48,907 bases of DNA from Planctomycetota bacterium (GTDB lineage Bacteria > Planctomycetota > Phycisphaerae > Sedimentisphaerales > Anaerobacaceae). Of the stretch, positions 7,959 through 14,326 are shown piece after piece; the first letter of the stretch is position 1, and each line of letters begins with the position of its first letter. The notes below the pieces were generated by a model that was given only the letters and a program-made list of their open reading frames with translations, made no database searches and was not told the DNA's origin. The position numbers were made by a program, and so were the translations under genes. The DNA lies in the NCBI GenBank assembly GCA_030641115.1, contig DAOWID010000023.1, positions 1-48,907 of the forward strand, given 5' to 3'.

Positions 7959-8206
7959 TTTGGGCCTCCTTTTTCTGTTTCGGCCACCGAATAACAATCA
8001 TATCCCAACTCTTCCAAGGACCTTTTGATGGTTTTTTTTGCGAGGCTCTTTCTTGCTTCGTCCACAACCTCGCCATTTTTCCATGTTACAATAACGCGGA
8101 GGAAGTCACCTGAGACTACAACGCCTTCACACAAATCGGCGGCTCGCATCATCTGGCCGATATGTGGCACGGGGCTTGTTTGTGCTATAAAAGCCACACT
8201 TGTCAT
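7955..8206 (-). CDS. Hypothetical small protein
   Basis: 83 aa. Ends ETEKGGPK with an ATGA overlap. Confidence 0.55.
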   Translation of the reverse strand: MTSVAFIAQTSPVPHIGQMMRAADLCEGVVVSGDFLRVIVTWKNGEVVDEARKSLAKKTIKRSLEELGYDCYSVAETEKGGPK

Positions 8207-8388
8207 CTTTCAATCTCCATACATTTCGGCAGCCGTCTCCACGTTGCCAGTGCATATTCCTTGCGCTGTTCAGGTGTAAGCCATTCGGTCGAAAACTCGT
8301 CGAGGAACTGGCCGTCTACGATGTTCGGCTTGTTATGCCTGATTAGCGTAGTGTCGTGTTCAGTTGGCTTGGGGAGTAGGCGTATCAT
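8203..8388 (-). CDS. Hypothetical small protein
   Basis: 61 aa, coupled to both neighbours. Confidence 0.5.
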   Translation of the reverse strand: MIRLLPKPTEHDTTLIRHNKPNIVDGQFLDEFSTEWLTPEQRKEYALATWRRLPKCMEIER

Positions 8389-9677
8389 TATAGAAAAATC
8401 CCGTGTGCGTTCTCTAACATCGTTACCATTTGGTTGATTAGATAATCCTGAAAGCCTCTTGTTTCATCGCGCATTTGCGACTCAAGATGAAAGCACTCCT
8501 CCATAATCGTTGTAACTATTTTCTTTTTGCCTAAGTCCATTACGCGGGGGGATAAATAAATTGTTTCACCCGTGGTGTGGCCGAGAATATTTTTATCCTC
8601 AAAAACAGCGATTTCTATCGGATGGTCTATTCTAATACCAATCTCTTGAAAAAACTGCATTGCTTCTTTAAGTAGAAATTCATCCCGTGTTGTTTTTTTG
8701 CTTATCAGAAAATTGGCATATAAATCGCCCTTTAGAAATGGGGTTTTGATGTCATCGCCAAAATAATTTATCAAACATTGCAATAGCGTGATGGGAATGA
8801 TTGCTGTATTGGGCTTGCCTACCAATTCGCTATAGTGGCCTGCCATTTCAAGGGGCAACACGGTTTTGCCGGTAAAGTATTTTAGCCATGTGGGATTGAA
8901 GACTTTGGCATGTCGCCAGCTAATATTATATTCTAATACAGTCTTTATAGTGTCACCGCTACACGCGGTCACAAGCTTGTCAATCATAGTTTCGGTAGCA
9001 GATTCGCCCCATATACGCGCCATGGCTTCACGCAACTGGAAACTATATCGGATTAGCCGACTTTCTGTAATGTCGATATGTTTTAAGTCATAATCAAAAA
9101 GTGATGGGCTTGGTTCGTCATAGCAGCGTATTCCCTTTCGGTACACAGAGATGTTTGTTTCAAGAGGAAACATAACCGTTCCCGTGTCACAGCCAGCGTG
9201 TATTTTCCGGTCTCGTGCAAAGTATCTGTCCCAGTTATTAAGGATTGCTTCAATTTGCTCATTGCCAGTGATGGTTATATAGAATTGTGTCTGGCCTTCG
9301 ATTGGGACTATTTCTTCTACGACCTCAGAATTAAACTCTTCCTCATCAAGGGCGTTGCAATAAACCTCTCGCACTGCCTGCCAGAGCTTCCAGTCGATTC
9401 CCATTTCGGTAGTAAGGTTGGTTTTTTGGTCGGCGATTGTTAAAACTCGAAACTCTTCCCCTCGAAACTGCTCTGTAACCGTACTAAGAGAAATAGGCTT
9501 TAGTCCCGACCAAATGTTAAGCTCAATGCCTTCACGGAGAAAAACTGTCAGCGCATACTTTAGGCCAGAGCCAAAATAGCCTATCTTGGATTCGTCATCT
9601 CTTTTGGTACATGCGCCAAGCAACAAAAAAGCGTTTGTCTCAATTTCTATGCTGTTACTAATTTTCAGGTACTTCAT
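8388..9677 (-). CDS. Large orphan protein (429 aa), function unknown
   Basis: ATG at 9677 with AGGAG 8 nt upstream. Contains IGYFGSGLKYAL and REVYCNALDEE motifs and a C-terminal MEECFHLES. I cannot assign a family. Confidence 0.75.
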   Translation of the reverse strand: MKYLKISNSIEIETNAFLLLGACTKRDDESKIGYFGSGLKYALTVFLREGIELNIWSGLKPISLSTVTEQFRGEEFRVLTIADQKTNLTTEMGIDWKLWQAVREVYCNALDEEEFNSEVVEEIVPIEGQTQFYITITGNEQIEAILNNWDRYFARDRKIHAGCDTGTVMFPLETNISVYRKGIRCYDEPSPSLFDYDLKHIDITESRLIRYSFQLREAMARIWGESATETMIDKLVTACSGDTIKTVLEYNISWRHAKVFNPTWLKYFTGKTVLPLEMAGHYSELVGKPNTAIIPITLLQCLINYFGDDIKTPFLKGDLYANFLISKKTTRDEFLLKEAMQFFQEIGIRIDHPIEIAVFEDKNILGHTTGETIYLSPRVMDLGKKKIVTTIMEECFHLESQMRDETRGFQDYLINQMVTMLENAHGIFL

Positions 9678-9762
9678 ACCGGCGCTCCTACATAAGCCAG
9701 CCACATACAAAAGAACAACAGGGCCGTGCAAACTACTAAATAGATTGTGCGAAATAGGGTTT

Positions 9763-9963
9763 TCATTCTTTTCGTGCCCTTCTTGCCATTATACTCCTCG
9801 CTATGTGTGCAACGATTTTCTCAAGCTGGAAACTTATCCACCAACAATTAGTAGTTGTTGCGCCCTGGCATTCGGACACCAATTTTTTTAGTTCGCGCGT
9901 TGGGCACTCCTCAATAGCGTCCCAGAGCAAGCTGCTCAATTTGTCGAGTCTTTTAAAGGCCAT
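9763..9963 (-). CDS. Hypothetical small protein
   Basis: 66-aa ORF with an ATG start; the first gene after the non-coding segment. Confidence 0.45.
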   Translation of the reverse strand: MAFKRLDKLSSLLWDAIEECPTRELKKLVSECQGATTTNCWWISFQLEKIVAHIARSIMARRARKE

Positions 9964-10652
9964 AATTTAACCTTTCAAATCTGGGGGCCAGCCACACCCA
10001 AACCGGCCCCCGGTTTACGGACTTGCAAATGCAAGCCTCCTACTATGTTCACTTATAATTCCAGGGCTCGGTCGGAAACGATCCATCCAAGAAAGCCAAC
10101 CGAACCCGTCTTATGGAAAAGACGTTATAATTCCAGCCCAGCCGGCCCACACCCAGAAAACCAGCCGGGCTCTAAAAAACACCCAGAGTAGACTTCAAAA
10201 AACCTGGCGGCAAGCGGATGGAGTTATACCAACCTCGAAAGTTTGGTAGCTGTCACGCCGCCGCCAGGGGTTATTCGCAAAAGCCAGCCGGAAATCCATC
10301 CAAAAAACCGGCCGGCTTCGGAGGAGGGTGATGAAAAGCAATTAGGACAGGGTTGGCGGGCAGGATTGGCCCAAAAGTCCTCTGGGCCCGCATTCTCTTG
10401 GCCGCTACCTTGCTTCCTCGTAGCATACGGTCTGGAGGAGGACGCCCGTAGTCATCAACTCGCCCGCGTTTCACACACGCCGCCGCCAACCCTAATTCGG
10501 GAGGATAATTACGGGGCCAGCGGGCAGGCCCAACCCACTAATAAAATCGACAGCCTGCTTGTCCCACCCAGTCCACGGCTCGCGCCGCCGCCGAACCCCT
10601 TTCCAAATAATAGGCTCATGACTGCCACTATGAGGACTATTTGACACGACCA
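9964..10652. other. ORF-poor, GC-rich, hairpin- and repeat-dense non-coding segment (attP arm and/or structured RNA)
   Basis: No credible ORF. Four related hairpins (9983-10011, 10068-10103, 10136-10170, 10283-10316). Repeats: TTATAATTCCAG x2, CCAGCCGG x3, GCCGCCGCC x3. Nested helices also present. Confidence 0.6.
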
Positions 10653-10699
10653 TCTGACTGGGGGTCAAGAGGTCGCTGGTTCAAGTCCAGTCGCCCCGA
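10653..10699 (+). other. attP core candidate: 3' portion of a tRNA-Pro(GGG)-like sequence
   Basis: Reads as anticodon loop CTGGGGG, variable loop AGGTC, T-arm GCTGG-TTCAAGT-CCAGT, acceptor 3' strand CGCCCCG plus A73. There is no matching 5' half upstream. It overlaps the integrase 3' end. Confidence 0.7.
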
Positions 10700-11621
10700 T
10701 TAAGGCGGTTCGGGCTTGGTTTAACAGCGAGTCTCTTGTGGCCGTGTAATAATTAATGGTGGTTTCTATTTGGGAATGGCCTGCGATTTGCATCACTTGA
10801 TGCGGTTGTAGGCCATTTTCCAATAACATCGTGATTCCGGTACGTCTCAGGTCGTGATATGTTCCGTGTTTGATTCCCGCACGTTTGCGTATCCGGTGGA
10901 ACTCCCTGTTAAAGTTGGCTATCGGGCACTTTCTCGTCGCGTGTGTAAGTCTGTCTCTGTGGGCCATGAGCCATTGATAGCGTTTAGGCGGAACCAGTAA
11001 ATAGGGCTGTCTGTCCGGCAGTTCACAGGAGATTGTAACAAGCAAGCTGTTAGCTTCCGGCGTTAAAGGAATCTCCCTGGTGTCATAATCTTTGGGCTGA
11101 AATCGCCACGTTCCAAGCCTTTCGGAGTCCTCTTTCGGCTGAACAGTTAAAACACCTTTGCGAAAGTCCACATCGGCAAGAGTTGTATTAAGTACCTCGC
11201 CTCGTCTGAGTAGGAGTCCAAGCAATACTATCGCCCGCCACCACATATTAGGAGCTTGGCCGACAATCGCTCGGATTTCCCACGATTCGTAGATTCGTAT
11301 CTTTTGCCTTTTCGGGACCCGGAACAGCTTAATCGCCGCAAAAGGGTTTTTAGGGATTTCCTCGTCCAGTACTGCCTGACTAAAAATCGGCCTAATCGAC
11401 TTTACATAGATATTGGCACTGGTTTTCTTGACCTTATGCAAGAGCCAATTCTTGAACCGTTCGGCATCGCCTATTGTAATATCACCAATGGGCTTATCCT
11501 GCAAAACCTCAGCAAGATACCGAACAACTAAGGCCGTCAGACTTCGCGTTGATTCCTCTATGCCTCGATGCTCGTTTAGATACGTCTGTGCGTACATAGT
11601 GATATTTGGGGTCTGCTGCAT
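10665..11621 (-). CDS. int: Tyrosine recombinase / phage integrase
   Basis: 318 aa. N-terminal SAM-like domain. C-terminal HDLRRTGITMLL...AGHSQIETTINYY provides the R..H-x-x-R..Y catalytic signature. Confidence 0.95.
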   Translation of the reverse strand: MQQTPNITMYAQTYLNEHRGIEESTRSLTALVVRYLAEVLQDKPIGDITIGDAERFKNWLLHKVKKTSANIYVKSIRPIFSQAVLDEEIPKNPFAAIKLFRVPKRQKIRIYESWEIRAIVGQAPNMWWRAIVLLGLLLRRGEVLNTTLADVDFRKGVLTVQPKEDSERLGTWRFQPKDYDTREIPLTPEANSLLVTISCELPDRQPYLLVPPKRYQWLMAHRDRLTHATRKCPIANFNREFHRIRKRAGIKHGTYHDLRRTGITMLLENGLQPHQVMQIAGHSQIETTINYYTATRDSLLNQARTALIGATGLEPATS

Positions 11622-11668
11622 GATTAGCCTCCTTTCGTGTCCTTATCGCAGCAGCCATGAGCCGTAAC

Positions 11669-11697
11669 AGCTTACAGCCGCCGCATCACACAGTCAA
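11669..11697 (-). promoter_or_regulatory. Candidate sigma70-like promoter for int
   Basis: Minus strand: TTGACT, 17 nt, TAAGCT, about 45 nt upstream of the int ATG. RBS AAAGGAGG. Confidence 0.3.
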
Positions 11698-11767
11698 CCC
11701 CACAGTCATTCGCCACGCTTTTATCCTATTAACTTGTCAATGAGCTATAATTATACAGATTTAGGTG

Positions 11768-11893
11768 TTATTCTAAATCGTTGTTAAGCTCTTCCAAAAT
11801 TTCTTCCTTAGAACCACGCCATCCACTATCAATTACTTTTTGAAGCGAATCCCGTGCATCCCAATATGTCACACTTGTTTCTTCTTCGGTCAT
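11768..11893 (-). CDS. Possible 41-aa acidic peptide
   Basis: ATG at 11893 with GAGAAGGA upstream. The longer track form overlaps the upstream gene. Confidence 0.3.
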   Translation of the reverse strand: MTEEETSVTYWDARDSLQKVIDSGWRGSKEEILEELNNDLE

Positions 11894-11898
11894 CTTTC

Positions 11899-12156
11899 TT
11901 AATCCTTCTCTGCCTCGGCAATGGCAACTTTGCGTTGCTCTTTTAATTTTGGGCATACGTTCCAATGACATTTCAAAAGGCTGTAGTATTCATCACCTAT
12001 CCAGAATGGTCGCGTTCTGCCTTGCCTGTCTTTTCTTTTACAATACAGTTGAGAACTTTCGGGCCTCATATTGTGAACACCTCTGTCGTTAAGCCCTAAA
12101 CTAAAAAGCTCACAATCTACCCGTGAGAACCTATACCAACCTTCAGGCTTTTTCAT
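11899..12156 (-). CDS. Hypothetical protein
   Basis: 85-aa ORF. Ends IAEAEKD, like the upstream gene. Confidence 0.5.
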   Translation of the reverse strand: MKKPEGWYRFSRVDCELFSLGLNDRGVHNMRPESSQLYCKRKDRQGRTRPFWIGDEYYSLLKCHWNVCPKLKEQRKVAIAEAEKD

Positions 12157-12159
12157 TTC

Positions 12160-12495
12160 TTAATCCTCCGGCTCTGCCTCGGCAATAGTGGCTGTTAATA
12201 TATGCACGGTTCTATGGGATTCTCGCTGTCCCAGTTCTAAAAGTCTTTGGCGTCCACGTTTGCAAGCATCCACCAATTTCCCCACCATCCCATCTTCTTC
12301 AAAAGCGTTCCAGCGACGGACGAACTCTTTGGCGACTTCTCCCGCAGGGCCGATGCTGCTGTAATCGCATATTGCAACGGTGCGGCCTTTTGGGCCGACA
12401 ATGTAAATGTCGTGCATTGTGCTAAGTCTTAATTTCCCTTTTGTATGTTCCATATTCTTAATTCTGTTGTTCTTGTTTTCAGCCATATAAACCAT
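12160..12495 (-). CDS. Hypothetical protein
   Basis: 111-aa ORF. Ends IAEAEPED. Confidence 0.55.
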   Translation of the reverse strand: MVYMAENKNNRIKNMEHTKGKLRLSTMHDIYIVGPKGRTVAICDYSSIGPAGEVAKEFVRRWNAFEEDGMVGKLVDACKRGRQRLLELGQRESHRTVHILTATIAEAEPED

Positions 12496-12518
12496 ATAAA
12501 GCCTTATCTGTCAGGGGG

Positions 12519-13160
12519 TTAGGAAACCTTATAAATGTTGCCGTCAACTTTTAGGCTTTTCGGCAAGCTCTTAATCTGTGTGCCTTCGAGGTTAAGCCAG
12601 CCGCCTACGCTCTTGAGCTGGCCCAAGCTCTTAATCTGTGTGCCTTCGAGGTTAAGCCAGCCGCCTACGCTCTTGAGCTGGCCCAAGCTCTTAATCTGTG
12701 TGCCTCTGAGGTAAAGGGAGCCGCCTACGCTCTTGAGCTGGCCCAAGCTCTTAATCTGTGTGCCTCTGAGGTAAAGGGAGTCGCCTACGCTCTTGAGCTG
12801 GCCCAAGCTCTTAATCTGTGTGCCTTCGAGGTAAAGGGAGTCGCCTACGCCTTTTTTGACCCATTGCGGAATAATGCTTGATACCAATACGGTCAGGCAT
12901 TTTTCCTGCCAATAATCTTGTTTTTCCTCAAACCACGAAGGCAAAGTACCTTCTTCGTCAACCTTAAAATCCCAATCATCGGGATTGGTTGATGTCAACT
13001 CATCAGTCGGCCAAAGCTCAATCCGCACAAAGTTGCGGTCAACCAGCTTGTTGTCTTTGAGACCAAGAACCTCAACTAATGGCGCGTGGTCGTTACTGTC
13101 CATCAAATAGTCCGGTTCTTCCTGAAACCGCCTAACTATCATTCCCTTGCCGATACACAT
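12519..13160 (-). CDS. Leucine-rich-repeat protein with a unique N-terminal domain
   Basis: C-terminal half is five 20-aa units of L.L.GTQIKSLGQLKSVGG, an LRR-like pattern. 213 aa. Confidence 0.8.
   Translation of the reverse strand: MCIGKGMIVRRFQEEPDYLMDSNDHAPLVEVLGLKDNKLVDRNFVRIELWPTDELTSTNPDDWDFKVDEEGTLPSWFEEKQDYWQEKCLTVLVSSIIPQWVKKGVGDSLYLEGTQIKSLGQLKSVGDSLYLRGTQIKSLGQLKSVGGSLYLRGTQIKSLGQLKSVGGWLNLEGTQIKSLGQLKSVGGWLNLEGTQIKSLPKSLKVDGNIYKVS
12564..12850. repeat. Tandem 60-bp repeat, about 4.8 copies (encodes the LRR units)
   Basis: Consecutive 60-nt sequence lines 12541-12840 are nearly identical. Adjacent copies are pairwise identical. Confidence 0.95.
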
Positions 13161-13261
13161 AATTTTCCTCAGATTTTCCTTGATTTTCGTGTTAAGATAG
13201 GTAAGATAGAGTTTATGCAGGTAAACAGCATAGCAGCCTGCACGGACGCGGAAATCGACCT

Positions 13262-13295
13262 GAAAAGACGGGGCAATCTCTTGTCCCGCCCCGTC
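13262..13295 (-). terminator. Rho-independent terminator-like hairpin downstream of the tRNA
   Basis: Minus strand: GACGGGGC, 13-nt loop, GCCCCGTC, followed by TTTT. Confidence 0.55.
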
Positions 13296-13305
13296 AGGCC
13301 CATAA

Positions 13306-13377
13306 TAGCAGGGGCAGGAGTTGAACCTGCGACCTCGTGGTTATGGGCCACGCGAGCTGCCACTGCTCCACCCTGCA
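13306..13377 (-). tRNA. tRNA with CAT anticodon (Met, fMet or Ile2-type), atypical
   Basis: Hand-folded cloverleaf: acceptor xGCAGGG/CCCTGCx, D-arm GAGC-AGTGGCA-GCTC, anticodon arm CGTGG-CCCATAA-CCACG, variable loop AGGTC, T-arm GCAGG-TTCAACT-CCTGC. No encoded CCA. Confidence 0.8.
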
Positions 13378-13386
13378 TAATAATCG

Positions 13387-13447
13387 AAAAAAAGACCCTG
13401 TTGCTTAGGAGATGTCGGCTACGACCGTCAGACTTGGCAACAGGGCC
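13387..13447 (-). terminator. Terminator/attenuator-like long hairpin plus U7 just upstream of the tRNA
   Basis: Minus strand: GGCCCTGTTGC, 32 nt, GCAACAGGGTC (11 bp including one G-U), followed by TTTTTTT. Confidence 0.4.
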
Positions 13448-13538
13448 AGGCAGAACAAAGCTAATCCTTTGCCCTGTTTGCTTTATTTGGATTGTCGTAG
13501 CCATCTTGATTCTCCTATTAACTTTCAATCGTGCCAGT

Positions 13539-13567
13539 AGTGTATCGGATGGATTGGGATTTGTCAA
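13539..13567 (-). promoter_or_regulatory. Candidate early sigma70-like promoter (minus strand)
   Basis: TTGACA (13567-13562), 17 nt, TACACT (13544-13539). AGGAGA plus ATG (13504) lie about 28 nt downstream. Confidence 0.4.
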
Positions 13568-13623
13568 CACAAAAATATGTACCGAACTTGCTAATGTGTT
13601 CTAAATATTTATGTAGTAAGGAC

Positions 13624-13651
13624 TTGCAGGCCAAAATATTTTTTATATAAT
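13624..13651 (+). promoter_or_regulatory. Candidate sigma70-like promoter for the plus-strand island (near-leaderless)
   Basis: TTGCAG, 16 nt, TATAAT. The -10 ends 9 nt before the ATG at 13661. Confidence 0.45.
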
Positions 13652-13660
13652 CTTAAAATT

Positions 13661-14134
13661 ATGCCCAGCAAGATACATACAACTGTTGTGTTGACGTCAG
13701 AAGCTCAAGCCCTCAAAGATGCTATTGGCAAAATTTGGGGCTTGAAAACTATTTTTTCTTCAGGATTTATGTGGTTTGATATGTTGGCCCCTAAGCAAAA
13801 AATCAAGTTGAAAGGAATTGTTAATAATAATGGCGAGTTAAACCCAGAAATTCGCCAACTCATGATAGCAAAAAAGAATCTACGAAAGACCGCAAAAACC
13901 AGAACGGTTACATGGTTAGATATTGTCCTATCTGCTCACGACAAACTCGCGGATGCAGATTTTGCGCAATTGTGGGAATCAACACCAAGAGAGGCGCGGC
14001 AAAAATTTATCGCTCTTATCCGGCAGGATACGCCGAAAAGTCGGGCTGCTGCAAAAAGTCTTGTTGACGCTGCTGAAGCTCACGAAGCAAAGATTCACAA
14101 AAAGACTCGCGGCAAGTCCGCAACAATTCAGTAA
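13661..14134 (+). CDS. Hypothetical protein, possible ribbon-helix-helix repressor-like regulator
   Basis: 157 aa, one of only two plus-strand genes, divergent from the early promoter. N-terminus KIHTTVVLTSEAQALKDAIGKIWG fits a strand-helix pattern. Basic C-terminal tail. Confidence 0.7.
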   Translation: MPSKIHTTVVLTSEAQALKDAIGKIWGLKTIFSSGFMWFDMLAPKQKIKLKGIVNNNGELNPEIRQLMIAKKNLRKTAKTRTVTWLDIVLSAHDKLADADFAQLWESTPREARQKFIALIRQDTPKSRAAAKSLVDAAEAHEAKIHKKTRGKSATIQ

Positions 14135-14326
14135 TTTGTTGGAGTTCCAGCTCTTTTTGAAAGTCGATAATTTGGGCGTGAGGGTTTAACATAGGTGTAT
14201 CTCCCGTACAAATACGGAGTTATGAGACCGTCGCGGTTTTCGCAACATCGCTTCATTTTGCTCGTAACGACCTCATAGTGGCATTATTGAGACAGTGAAA
14301 GAAAAGTCAAGGGGAAAGTAGGAGAT

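Noticed and set aside
8388-9677. Calling the orphan protein a GHKL/Hsp90-like ATPase.
   Set aside because: The two motif look-alikes occur in reversed order, with no DxGxG box and the wrong spacing, so the assignment is not supportable by eye.
10243-10644. 133-aa plus-strand ORF (and 72-aa minus-strand ORF 10271..10489) inside the non-coding segment.
   Set aside because: TTG start, no RBS, and a Pro/Gly/Ala-rich translation typical of GC-rich non-coding DNA. The region is better explained by repeats and hairpins.
10500-10699. A complete tRNA gene or a tmRNA at the end of the non-coding segment.
   Set aside because: No D-arm or 5' acceptor strand complementary to CGCCCCG is found upstream. 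Only the 3' part, about 45 nt, is tRNA-like, which fits an attP core.
12564-12850. Possibility that the regular 60-bp repeats are a CRISPR array.
   Set aside because: There are no unique spacers between the repeats. The units are contiguous, in frame, and encode LRR units of a 213-aa protein.
13086-13604. 172-aa plus-strand ORF and 133-aa minus-strand ORF (13169..13570) spanning the tRNA region.
   Set aside because: Both read straight through a well-folded tRNA and two terminator hairpins; the ..GVEPATS.. peptides are the usual signature of a translated tRNA. Only the RBS/ATG at 13504 is kept, as a possible short leader.
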